Notes under the pieces: model-generated
What the model was told of the DNA's origin: nothing
The model's input: the letters and a program-made list of their open reading frames with translations, nothing else
Database searches by the model: none
Made by a program: the position numbers and the translations under genes
Source: Methanothrix sp.
GTDB lineage: Archaea > Halobacteriota > Methanosarcinia > Methanotrichales > Methanotrichaceae
Length of the DNA stretch: 64,000 bases
Direction of reading: 5' to 3'
Assembly: GCA_026394565.1 (NCBI GenBank)
Contig: JAPKYA010000042.1
Location: forward strand, 1,803-65,802
In this document: positions 48,139 to 57,683 of the stretch, piece after piece
Position numbering within the stretch: position 1 is the stretch's first letter
Layout of the letters: each line of letters begins with the position of its first letter

Positions 48139-49551
48139 TTATCCCTTACTCCACTTCCCGTCCTTCTTCAGCCAATCGTCCATGTCCGCCGCCGCAGTCT
48201 TGCCCTCGCCCATGGCGCTGATCACTGTGGCTCCGCCGCTGGTGATGTCTCCTCCTGCCCAGACCCCTTCCATTGTCGTGCGGCCCCGCTCGTCAACCAC
48301 AAGCGTGCCCCATTTGGTGGTCTTAAGCTGGGGCGTGCTGGAGGCTATGAGTGGATTTGGCACTGTGCCTACAGCAATGACCACCGTGTCCACATCTACG
48401 AGATGCTCCGATCCCTTCTTCACGCAGGGGCTGCGCCGGCCTGAGGCATCGGGCTCGCCCAGCTCCATCTGCACGACCTCCATGGCTTTTACCATGCCCC
48501 TAACATCACCTAAAAACCGGGTGGGATTGGTGAGGAAATCGAAGATCACACCCTCCTCCATGGCGTTCTCCACCTCCTCCAGCCGGGCGGGCATCTCCTC
48601 GCGAGAGCGGCGATAGATGACGTGCACCTGCTCTGCACCAAGGCGCATGGCAGAGCGGGCGGCATCCATGGCCACGTTTCCGCCTCCAACAACTGCCACC
48701 TTCTTGCCCTTTTTGATGGGCGTATCGTATTCCGGGAACTTGTAGGCCTTCATCAAGTTGACTCGTGTCAGGTATTCATTGGCAGAGTAAACGCCGCTCA
48801 AATTTTCGCCGGGAACATTCAGGAACCGGGGCGCGCCTGCGCCTATACCCAGGAATACGCCGTCATAGCCTCCTTTAAGCAGCTCCTCCACCTGGACCTG
48901 TCTGCCCACTACAGAGTCAAGCTCCAGATCGGCCCCCAGAGATTTTACATATTCGATCTCAGATCGGACAATGCCCTTGGGCAGGCGAAACTCTGGAATG
49001 CCGTAGACCAATACGCCTCCGCCATCATGCAGTGCCTCGAAGATGGTGACTTTGTGGCCGAACTTGGCCATATCTGCGGCCACAGTAAGCCCCGCAGGAC
49101 CGGAGCCTACCACTGCGATCCTCTTTCCCGTAGCCCCCGCGATCTCACACTTCGGCCTTTGCTGCTGGCATAGCTCCCAATCGGCCACATAGCGCTCCAG
49201 GCGGCCAATGGCAATAGGCGCTCCCTTCTTGCCAAGGACGCAGCGGCACTCGCACTGCACCTCCTGGGGACAGACCCGACCGCAGATTCCGGGCAGGCTG
49301 TTCTTTCTCTTGAGAGCCTTTACCGCCTCTGGCATGTCCCCATCCCGCAGGGCACAAATGAAGCCTGGAATCTCCACGCCGACAGGACAGCCTTCAATGC
49401 ACTTGGGCTTCTTGCATTGAAGACATCTGCCCGCCTCCTCTGCCGCTTGCTCAGGACTGTAGCCCAGGGCAACCTCCTGAAAATTGCGTTTCCTTTTTTC
49501 GGGAGATTGCTTGGGCATCTCCACCCGGTTTAGATTAATCTTGCTTGACAT
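48139..49551 (-). CDS. GltD/SudA/NfnB-family FAD-dependent NADPH oxidoreductase
   Basis: EA.RCLQC, ICGRVCPQE.QCE, GSGPAGL, GGGNVAMDAAR and GGDI..GATVI.AMG.G. Confidence 0.9.
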   Translation of the reverse strand: MSSKINLNRVEMPKQSPEKRKRNFQEVALGYSPEQAAEEAGRCLQCKKPKCIEGCPVGVEIPGFICALRDGDMPEAVKALKRKNSLPGICGRVCPQEVQCECRCVLGKKGAPIAIGRLERYVADWELCQQQRPKCEIAGATGKRIAVVGSGPAGLTVAADMAKFGHKVTIFEALHDGGGVLVYGIPEFRLPKGIVRSEIEYVKSLGADLELDSVVGRQVQVEELLKGGYDGVFLGIGAGAPRFLNVPGENLSGVYSANEYLTRVNLMKAYKFPEYDTPIKKGKKVAVVGGGNVAMDAARSAMRLGAEQVHVIYRRSREEMPARLEEVENAMEEGVIFDFLTNPTRFLGDVRGMVKAMEVVQMELGEPDASGRRSPCVKKGSEHLVDVDTVVIAVGTVPNPLIASSTPQLKTTKWGTLVVDERGRTTMEGVWAGGDITSGGATVISAMGEGKTAAADMDDWLKKDGKWSKG

Positions 49552-49684
49552 CTTTCCTACACCGCGCCTCTGAGGCTAAGATCTCTTCTGGCTGATCATC
49601 CTTATGCTATCTAAAAAAGATTTTCCTTTCAGAGCAACCTTCTAATACGATTAATCCTCTACGTTTCCCGGCGCGGTTGGGAAC

Positions 49685-52435
49685 ATGTTGGAAATAAGAC
49701 TGACCATCGATGATCGAGAGGTAGTGGTCCCAGAGGGAGCTACCATTCTCGAAGCGGCCCGCAAAGCGGGCTCTTATGTGCCGGCACTTTGCGACCATCC
49801 GGACCTCAGGCCCATCGGCTCCTGCAAGCTGTGCATCGTTTCTGTAAAAGGCCTGGATTACTATCCTACTGCCTGCAATACCCAGGCGGAAGAGGGAATG
49901 GTGGTGCAGACCAAGACAGAGGAGCTGCAGGAGATGAGAAGACACACCCTGGAGATGCTCTTAGCGCTCACCAATCATCCCACTAGCTGCCTGTTTTGCG
50001 ATAGGAAAAATGAATGCGGCGACCTGCGCGAATGCATGCGCAAATTCCCGGTGACAGTGGGCTGCAAGTACTGCCCCAAGAACGAGGAATGCGAACTGCA
50101 ACAGGCCGTGCAGTTCGTCGGCCTGGAAAACATCAGATATCAGATCTCTTTTAAGAATATGCCCGTCTTGAGAGAGCCCTTCTTTGACCGCAATTACAGC
50201 CTCTGCATCCTGTGCGGCCGGTGCGTGCGAGCCTGCCAGGAGGTGCGCGGCGAGGGCGTGCTGTCCAGCAATCCCGATTTTCACCGCATGCACTGGATAG
50301 GCCCGGAATCATTGCAGGACTCGGACTGCAAGTTCTGCGGCACGTGCGTGGATGTCTGCCCTACAGCGGCGCTCTACGCTCGATTTGAGAAATGGCAGAG
50401 ACCGGAAAGCACGGTCGCCACTGTTTGCCCCTACTGTGGTGTGGGCTGCCAGATGGAGGTGGGCGTCCTGGACAACCGGATAGTAAGGGTGAGGGGCATT
50501 AGGGACTGCCTGCCCAACAACGGCCAGCTCTGCGTCAAGGGCCGCTTTGGCCTGGGATTTGTGGAGAGCCCGGAGCGGCTCACTGTGCCTCTCATCAGGA
50601 AAAACGACAAACTTGTGCCGGCAACCTGGGAAGAGGCCCTGGATCTGGTGGCCGGGAAATTGTTTGGTTATAAGGGAGACAGCTTTGCCTTTCTCTCATC
50701 GGCCAAATGCAGCAACGAGGAGAACTATCTGGCCCAGAAGTTCGTCCGGCTGGTTATGCAGACCAACAACGTAGATCACTGCGCCCGGCTCTGCCATGCT
50801 TCGACTGTCTCCGCCCTGGCCCTGGCTTTCGGCAGCGGGGCCATGACCAATTCCATTTCTGAGCTGGCGGACGCTGGATGCATCTTCATCATCGGCTCGA
50901 ACACCAGCGAGCAGCATCCCGTCATCGCCCTCAAGATCAAAGAGGCGAAGAGGAAGGGAGCCAAGATCATCGTGGCCAATCCCCGCTGGATCGATCTGTG
51001 CAAGATAGCCGATGTCTGGCTGAGGCAGACCCCGGGAACGGATGTGCCGCTCGTCCTGGAGATGTGCCGCATAATTCTGGAAGAGAAGCTGATGGATGAG
51101 GATTTCATATCCCAGAGGACGGAGGGCTTCCCTGAGTTCAAAGCCTCCCTCTTGAATCTGTCCGCATCTGACGCAGCGCGCATTACGGGTGTCAAGTCCG
51201 AGCTGATCAGAGATGCAGCCCGGCTCTACGCCCGAGGAAACCCTTCCTCCATAATCTATGCCATGGGCATCACTCAGCACTCTCATGGCGTGGATAACAT
51301 CTTCACCCTGGCCAATCTGGCGATGATGACTGGCAACATCGGCCGGCCCTCCGCCGGCATCAATCCCCTGCGCGGCCAGAACAATGTGCAGGGCTCCTGC
51401 GACATGGGTGCCCTGCCCAATCTCCTGCCGGCATACCAGGCGGTGACCAATCCCGATCTAAGAAAGAAGTTCGAGCAGGCCTGGGGAGCGGCTCTGCCGG
51501 AAAAGCCCGGCCTCACGGTGGTCGAGATGATGAATGCCGCCCATGAGGGCAAGATCCGGGCCATGTACATTATGGGAGAAAACCCGGTCGTCAGCGATCC
51601 GGACAGCAGCCACGTGGTAGAGGCCTTGAATACCCTGGAATTTCTGGTGGTGCAGGACATCTTCCTCTCCGAGACCGCTGCGCTGGCGGATGTGGTCCTG
51701 CCGGCAACCACCAGCCTGGAAAAGGACGGAACCTTCACCAATACGGAGCGTCGGGTGCAGAAGATCAGGAAGGCACTGGACAGCGTCGGCGAGTCCATGC
51801 CAGACTGGATGATCCTGGACTCTCTGGCGGCTCGCATGGGTTGGGAGAGCCAGTTTAGCTATGGTCATCCCGGCCAGATCATGTCTGAGGTAGCCAAGCT
51901 TGCTCCCAGCTACGGGGGCATAAGCTATGAGCGGCTGGACGGCAACGGCTTGCAGTGGCCCTGCCCCAACATGGAACATCCGGGAACCCAGTACCTGCAT
52001 AAAGGCCAGTTCACGAGGGGCCTTGGCAAGTTCAATGTGGTCGATTACCGGCCTTCCATGGAGCTGCCCGATGAGGAGTATCCCTTTATTCTCACCACAG
52101 GCAGAGTTCTCTGCCAGTATCACACCGGAACCATGACGCGAAAGGTGAGCGATCTCAACATTCTCCGGGGTGAGGAGCTGGTGGAGATGAATCCGCAAGA
52201 TGCCCTCACATTAGACATTGAAGATGGCGAGCTGATAGAGGTCTCCTCTCGCCGGGGAAGAGTCAGGGCCAAAGCCAAAACCACGGAAAAGTCGCCTGCA
52301 GGCGTGGTCTTTATGACATTTCATTTCTCCGAGACTCCCACCAACGTCCTTACCAATCCTGCCCTTGACCCCGTGGCCAAGATCCCGGAGCTAAAGGTCT
52401 GTGCCGTGAAGCTGAATAAGATTAGAGGAGGCTAG
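49685..52435 (+). CDS. Formate dehydrogenase alpha subunit with NuoG-like N-terminal Fe-S domains (Cys form)
   Basis: 2Fe-2S (LCDH..GSCKLC..ACNT), HPTSCLFC, two 4Fe-4S motifs, CPYCGVGC, DHCARLCHAS and RGQNNVQGSCDMG. Confidence 0.9.
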   Translation: MLEIRLTIDDREVVVPEGATILEAARKAGSYVPALCDHPDLRPIGSCKLCIVSVKGLDYYPTACNTQAEEGMVVQTKTEELQEMRRHTLEMLLALTNHPTSCLFCDRKNECGDLRECMRKFPVTVGCKYCPKNEECELQQAVQFVGLENIRYQISFKNMPVLREPFFDRNYSLCILCGRCVRACQEVRGEGVLSSNPDFHRMHWIGPESLQDSDCKFCGTCVDVCPTAALYARFEKWQRPESTVATVCPYCGVGCQMEVGVLDNRIVRVRGIRDCLPNNGQLCVKGRFGLGFVESPERLTVPLIRKNDKLVPATWEEALDLVAGKLFGYKGDSFAFLSSAKCSNEENYLAQKFVRLVMQTNNVDHCARLCHASTVSALALAFGSGAMTNSISELADAGCIFIIGSNTSEQHPVIALKIKEAKRKGAKIIVANPRWIDLCKIADVWLRQTPGTDVPLVLEMCRIILEEKLMDEDFISQRTEGFPEFKASLLNLSASDAARITGVKSELIRDAARLYARGNPSSIIYAMGITQHSHGVDNIFTLANLAMMTGNIGRPSAGINPLRGQNNVQGSCDMGALPNLLPAYQAVTNPDLRKKFEQAWGAALPEKPGLTVVEMMNAAHEGKIRAMYIMGENPVVSDPDSSHVVEALNTLEFLVVQDIFLSETAALADVVLPATTSLEKDGTFTNTERRVQKIRKALDSVGESMPDWMILDSLAARMGWESQFSYGHPGQIMSEVAKLAPSYGGISYERLDGNGLQWPCPNMEHPGTQYLHKGQFTRGLGKFNVVDYRPSMELPDEEYPFILTTGRVLCQYHTGTMTRKVSDLNILRGEELVEMNPQDALTLDIEDGELIEVSSRRGRVRAKAKTTEKSPAGVVFMTFHFSETPTNVLTNPALDPVAKIPELKVCAVKLNKIRGG

Positions 52436-52437
52436 AG

Positions 52438-53370
52438 ATGTACGAGATCGTAACCAAGGAGACCGTAGCTCCCAATATCATTTACATGAAGTTCAAAGCT
52501 CCCAAGATTGCGAGCACTGCCAGACCTGGTCAGTTTGCGATCATAAGGGTGGACGAGAAAGGGGAGAGGATACCCATGGGCCTGGCCGGCTGGGACGAAA
52601 AAGATGGCACCGTGGACATTGTCTTTTACGTTCTGGGGACCAGCACCGCCAAGCTGTCCACTATGAAAGTAGGCGAAACATTGGCAAACATCGCCGGACC
52701 CCTGGGAAAACCTACCGTGATCGAGAACTTCGGAAGAGTCATCTGCGCCTGCGGCTGCTTTGGCGCCGGACCTACCCTGCCGCTCATAAAGGCCCTCAGA
52801 GAGAAGGGCAACACTGTGATTACCGTCGTGGAAGGCCGCGGTCCGGACTTCATCTTCTGGGTGGATAAGCTCAAGGAATTCAGCGACGAGATTCATGTGG
52901 TAACAGGCTGCGGCAAGACCGCCTGGGCCAATGACTTCATCGAACAGGAGCTGGCGTCGGGAAAGAAAATTGACAGGATCTTTGCCCATGGCTGTCCCTT
53001 CATGATGAAGGTCTCCTCAGATGCCTCCCGGGCCGCCGGAGTGGAGACAATGGTCAGCCTCACGCCCCTCATGGTGGACGGCACGGGCATGTGCGGTGCC
53101 TGCCGGGTGGAGGTAGAAGGAAAGACCAAGTTCGCCTGCGTGGACGGCCCGGATTTCAGAGGACACGGTGTCAACTGGGACGGACTGGTTTTGCGCCTGC
53201 GCCAGCTCATCCCGGAAGAAGATAAATCATTCAACATCTGGGAGAGAGACAACTGGCATAAAATGATGGACAGCAGGCCCAAGAAGAGCTTCAATCCGGC
53301 AAAAAGAAATCTCATCGCCCAACATGAGGGCCATGAAGGCCATGCGGTTTGTGGTTCCGGGGGAGACTGA
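52438..53370 (+). CDS. SudB/NfnA-like (PyrK-type) flavoprotein subunit
   Basis: PGQF.I.R.DEKGERIP, GPLG and MVDGTGMCGACRV..FACVDGP 2Fe-2S motif; starts 2 nt after the fdh stop. Confidence 0.88.
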   Translation: MYEIVTKETVAPNIIYMKFKAPKIASTARPGQFAIIRVDEKGERIPMGLAGWDEKDGTVDIVFYVLGTSTAKLSTMKVGETLANIAGPLGKPTVIENFGRVICACGCFGAGPTLPLIKALREKGNTVITVVEGRGPDFIFWVDKLKEFSDEIHVVTGCGKTAWANDFIEQELASGKKIDRIFAHGCPFMMKVSSDASRAAGVETMVSLTPLMVDGTGMCGACRVEVEGKTKFACVDGPDFRGHGVNWDGLVLRLRQLIPEEDKSFNIWERDNWHKMMDSRPKKSFNPAKRNLIAQHEGHEGHAVCGSGGD

Positions 53371-53499
53371 TTCCGAACTGGCCTCTACATTCCATCAGGT
53401 CTCTAAATCATCAGTCCTGACTAATTTTTCATAATAATTTTTGATGTGTGTTCTTGCTCTTTCCGATTTGCCTGCCGCAAACGGCCTGATCGTGCTTCA

Positions 53500-53702
53500 T
53501 ACCGTCGTTGCGGATCATGCAATATTTTCATTGAATGTGAGCCATTAGCAGGAACGCGAACAGTAAAAGTCACCGAAAGAAGGACCAAATTGGATTGGGC
53601 TTATTTTGTAGAAGAGATCGCGAATCGAAATGAATCAGCCGGGGATGCCAGGGTAAAACTATCTCGCCTTTATCCGACATTACAGAGTTGACGATACACT
53701 AG
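53500..53702 (+). mobile_element. Internally deleted IS630-family transposase remnant with right end
   Basis: YRRCG..NIF...EPLAG.R.VKVTERRTK.D.A joined to DARVKL.RLYP, followed by a terminal ..ACACTAG typical of IS630/TA-target ends. Confidence 0.7.
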
Positions 53703-53724
53703 TGCCATCATTCGGTGGGCTTTT

Positions 53725-54003
53725 ATGGGTGGAGTAATTGGAGTTTTAAACGGCTTAATGAAAAATTTCAAAGACGATTATGTTTGGGTCATAACCAAAC
53801 CCTTTATTGCAATGGTCATGGGTGGAGTAGTGTACTTCATTGCGTTAGGTGGAGGAATATTAATTGGTCTCCCGCAAACAGGTAGCCTGCCAACCAATAC
53901 AATTTATTTATTGTGCGCCTTTGCTTTTATAGCTGGTTTTAGCGAAGAATTCTCCCTTGATCTGATTAACCGTCTTACTGGAAAATATGTTAAAGAGGAA
54001 TGA
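53725..54003 (+). CDS. AT-rich small membrane protein or C-terminal fragment
   Basis: Three hydrophobic segments and an AFIAGFSE motif; starts right after the IS end, so it may be truncated. Confidence 0.45.
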   Translation: MGGVIGVLNGLMKNFKDDYVWVITKPFIAMVMGGVVYFIALGGGILIGLPQTGSLPTNTIYLLCAFAFIAGFSEEFSLDLINRLTGKYVKEE

Positions 54004-54506
54004 GGTGCCAGTAACCGGAATTAATGAAGATTCTTGTGATTTGTTGGGTGGGCAGCATTCACGCTGGCTGAATAGTCCCGATTCGGACAAGAGCGTCTAA
54101 TACATAACGCGGCTCTTTGAGAATAAGTCTTGATCTTGCCTGCTTCCAGCTCTCTCATCTCCGTTTCCGCCGCTTTGTGCACCATGCGTAGCTCCTCTTC
54201 CTCGATCATCTGCTAATATGCTAATACGGCTTGCCTAATAACCTCGGTCCCATTTCCAGCATAGCATCTCTTCTCTTGATGATTTTCGAAAATCTGAGAA
54301 GATCCACTCCTCCACCCACCTCTTCATCCCCGCCGGGCTCAGGTTCTCCCCTGCCTCCCCGCGCAGCAGCATGCCGGTCCGCGTGAAGACCGAGCCGGGC
54401 GTGCCCGCTTCCCCCCCCCTGACCGGGAATCCAGGCCGCGATTGCCTCCTCGGTCGTGCATGCTCTGCCAACAACTTTTTCATATTCCACAACATTATCG
54501 AGGGCC

Positions 54507-56717
54507 ATGAATCAAGGGAGGAGGAGCGAGCCGGCGGAGCTTATTGCAGTTTTAATCCTCGGCCTCGTATTGAGGCTGTTTGCGGGGAGAAACTCATTAA
54601 CCGAAAACGGCGTACTGCTGCCGGGTTATGATGAGTATTATCATATGCGCAGAATTTTGTTTACAGCAAACCATTTTCCCAATACTCTCTGGTTCGACTC
54701 TTACCTGAATTATCCTCAGGGTTTCGACATAACCTGGCCACCTCTCTTCGACCAGATCTCTGCCGCCCTCTGTGTGGCTTTCGGCCAGCACAGCAAAGCG
54801 GGCGTGGAGATGGCCGCCTCCTTTGCACCCATGATCTTCGGCATCATAGCCATAGTCGCGGTCTACTACATGGTCCGAGAGCTCTTCGATCACAAAGTTG
54901 CACTCCTCGCCGCTTTCCTGGCCGCCCTGGCGCCGTATTATCTCCTCTATACCATGTTTGCCGCCCTGGATCATCACTGTCTGGAGGTGCTGCTTTCTCT
55001 CATCATACTCCTGTTCCTGATCATGGCCGTCAGCCGGAGTGAGAAGAGATACCTCTATTCCTGCGCGGCGGGAGTTGCCATGGCCGCCCTGGCATATACC
55101 TGGCAGGGGGCAGATATCTACCTGGCAATATTCCCGCTTTATGCGGCCGTCCAGATGACAATAGACCTTAAAGAGGGTAAATCATCAAAAGAGACTGCGA
55201 CAATGCTCCTGGCCGCCTTTGCGGTCGCTTTTATCCTTGTTCTGCCCTTTGGCAATACTTCCGCCCTCTCTGCCTCCTTCCGGGGAATTGCTGCAATGAT
55301 CATTGCCCTTTCTCTCATGTTTGCCCTGGCCCACATCACTGCCAAGAGGAAGATGTCCTGGAAGGCATTTCCTCTGAGCATACTGATTTTATCTGCCTTA
55401 TTTGCCATGCTCTCAGAGCTTGCCGGCGGATTTTTCGGTGTGGGTGCCATAATTCAGTCGGGATTGGAATACATCTGGGGCGGAGGGATGATTGGAAAGA
55501 TCGGCGAGGCCGAGCCGCTCATCTTTGATGCGGAGACCTTTTCCCAGGTGGTCTTCTCTCCACTGGGATTGAATCTTCTCTTCTCCCTGGGAGGAATGGC
55601 CGCATCCTTAATTTACATCCGGGGAAGCATTGGTGCCAGGAGACAGGGCCGGATCCTGCTCTTGCTATGGTTGGCTTTCACACTCATCCTCACCCTGGGG
55701 CAGTCCAGGTTCCTTTACATCTCTACGATCTCCATGGGGCTGCTCATAAGCATACTCTTCTTCTTTTTGCTGGATATGGCCGAAAAGAGGCACAGGGATG
55801 GCGGCCTGAGGCCGGCAGCAAGATTTCCATTGGCTGCAATTTTATTGTTGCTTCTCGTCCTGCCCACCGCATGGGATGCAGCCTCTTTTGCCCAGAGCAG
55901 TCCCCCTGCCGTGGCTGGTGACTGGGCGGAGTCGCTGGCTTGGCTGAAAGAAAACAGCAACACAACCAGCTTCTTTGAGGACCCCCAAAAAACTCCCGAG
56001 TACAGCGTTATGAGCTGGTGGGACTATGGCAACTGGATTCTCTATCTGGCCGAGCGGCCGGTAGTTGCCAACAATTTCCAGGCAGGTGTAGCGGATGCTG
56101 CAAAATTCTATCTCTCGGAAAATGAGGAGGAGGCCGCAGACGTGCTGGATGCGAGGGGATCCAGATACATCTTTGCCGATTATGACTTGATCTACGGCAA
56201 ACTTGCCACTCTCACTGCCTGGGCCAATGAGGATCTCGGCAGCTACATGAGAGCTGTGGACTATGGCACGGAGTATTCGTTCATTCCCCAGGAAAAGCTC
56301 TTCAATACGACCTTGGGTAGGCTCTATTTCTTCGATGGCGCGGGTAGTGGCCGCTTCCGCCTGATTCATGAATCTAAGACATTTCTGGGAGAAAGCCCGG
56401 CCAAGAGCATGGTCAAGATCTTTGAGTATGTTCCTGGGGCTTTGATAAGGGTAAGGGCCGGGCCGGACCAGAAGGTAGGCGCCCTGCTCAATATGACCTC
56501 CAATCAGGGAAGAGACTTCATTTACCTCAATGAGGGCAAGGCAAACGGTGACTCATTTGAGATCAGAGTTCCTTACTCCACAGAGGGCCGATATGGGTGC
56601 CGCGCCACCAGCCCATATTTGGTCTATTCAGGAAACGAAGCCGGTGTGAAGATGAAAAATCTGGACGTTCGCGAGGAAGACGTAATCAACGGCAGAACCA
56701 TTGAGTTGACTCTCTAG
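54507..56717 (+). CDS. aglB: Oligosaccharyltransferase AglB (STT3 family)
   Basis: DEYYHMRR, DHH, I.EA.PL, RF and WWDYG..NNFQ motifs; ~13 TM segments. Confidence 0.92.
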   Translation: MNQGRRSEPAELIAVLILGLVLRLFAGRNSLTENGVLLPGYDEYYHMRRILFTANHFPNTLWFDSYLNYPQGFDITWPPLFDQISAALCVAFGQHSKAGVEMAASFAPMIFGIIAIVAVYYMVRELFDHKVALLAAFLAALAPYYLLYTMFAALDHHCLEVLLSLIILLFLIMAVSRSEKRYLYSCAAGVAMAALAYTWQGADIYLAIFPLYAAVQMTIDLKEGKSSKETATMLLAAFAVAFILVLPFGNTSALSASFRGIAAMIIALSLMFALAHITAKRKMSWKAFPLSILILSALFAMLSELAGGFFGVGAIIQSGLEYIWGGGMIGKIGEAEPLIFDAETFSQVVFSPLGLNLLFSLGGMAASLIYIRGSIGARRQGRILLLLWLAFTLILTLGQSRFLYISTISMGLLISILFFFLLDMAEKRHRDGGLRPAARFPLAAILLLLLVLPTAWDAASFAQSSPPAVAGDWAESLAWLKENSNTTSFFEDPQKTPEYSVMSWWDYGNWILYLAERPVVANNFQAGVADAAKFYLSENEEEAADVLDARGSRYIFADYDLIYGKLATLTAWANEDLGSYMRAVDYGTEYSFIPQEKLFNTTLGRLYFFDGAGSGRFRLIHESKTFLGESPAKSMVKIFEYVPGALIRVRAGPDQKVGALLNMTSNQGRDFIYLNEGKANGDSFEIRVPYSTEGRYGCRATSPYLVYSGNEAGVKMKNLDVREEDVINGRTIELTL

Positions 56718-56729
56718 GCAAAAAAGATC

Positions 56730-57683
56730 CTAGAGGCCGAGCTTGGCATACTCCTTGGCCCAGTAGGTGATGATCATATCTGCGCCCGCCCTCTTGATGC
56801 AGGTCAACGCCTCCAGGAAGGCCGCCCTCTCATCCAGCCATCCCCTCTCTGCCGCAGCCGCAATCATGGAATACTCGCCGGAGACCTGATAAGCGGCAGT
56901 AGGCACGGCGAACATGTCTTTGACGGCGCGCAGAACATCGAGGTAGGGCATGGCCGGCTTGACCATGACCATATCCGCACCTTCTTCGATATCCAGTTGC
57001 ACCTCCCAGAGCGCCTCGGAAAAGTTGGCGGGATTCATCTGATATCCTTTGCGATCGCCAAAGGCAAAACCGGACTCTGCCGCCTCGCGAAAGGGGCCGT
57101 AGAAGGTGGATGCGTATTTGGCGGCATAGGAGAGGATGAGCGTGTCTGTATATCCGTCCACGTCCAGAGCGGCGCGTATGGCCTGCACCATTTGATCCAT
57201 CATGCCGCTGGGAGCTACTATATCCGCTCCTGCTGCAGCATGGCTTGTCGCCGTCTCCCCCAACAACGGCAGCGTCTCATCATTGAGGATCTTCTCGCCC
57301 CGGACGAGGCCGCAGTGGCCGTGGCTGGTGTACTCGCAAAGGCATAGATCGGTTATTACTATCAGGCCGGTGGTCTCCTTGATGGCGGCTACCGCCCTCT
57401 GGATTATGCCATGCGAATCGTAGGCACCGCAGCCCGCCTCATCCTTTTGAGAGGGCAGGCCGAATAAAAGCACAGCAGGCACGCCTAAATCCTCCAGGGC
57501 CCCCGCCTCCGCAGCCACACTCTCCAGGCTCTGCCGGAACTGCCCAGGCATGGCCTCAATTGCCCTCGGCACTGAGATTCTCTCATCCACGAATATGGGC
57601 TGCACTAAATCATTGAGAGAGAGCCGGGTTTCCGCTACCATCTCTCTGATTTTTGGCGCTCTTAGCCGCCTCATTCGCCTCAT
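56730..57683 (-). CDS. hemB: Porphobilinogen synthase
   Basis: DLCLCEYTSHGHCG, APSGMMD, YGPFREA, MVKPAM.YLD and YQVSGEY. Confidence 0.96.
   Translation of the reverse strand: MRRMRRLRAPKIREMVAETRLSLNDLVQPIFVDERISVPRAIEAMPGQFRQSLESVAAEAGALEDLGVPAVLLFGLPSQKDEAGCGAYDSHGIIQRAVAAIKETTGLIVITDLCLCEYTSHGHCGLVRGEKILNDETLPLLGETATSHAAAGADIVAPSGMMDQMVQAIRAALDVDGYTDTLILSYAAKYASTFYGPFREAAESGFAFGDRKGYQMNPANFSEALWEVQLDIEEGADMVMVKPAMPYLDVLRAVKDMFAVPTAAYQVSGEYSMIAAAAERGWLDERAAFLEALTCIKRAGADMIITYWAKEYAKLGL

Noticed and set aside
40225-52435. Possible selenocysteine or pyrrolysine recoding in the Fdh genes
   Set aside because: Both have Cys at the active site (CARLCH) and uninterrupted frames.
53428-53444. TTCATAA half-sites here and at ~16484
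   Set aside because: The second half does not match TTATGAA, and neither is upstream of a nitrogen gene.
54021-54508. Short minus-strand ORFs upstream of aglB
   Set aside because: No recognisable motifs and overlapping frames; they cannot be supported as genes.
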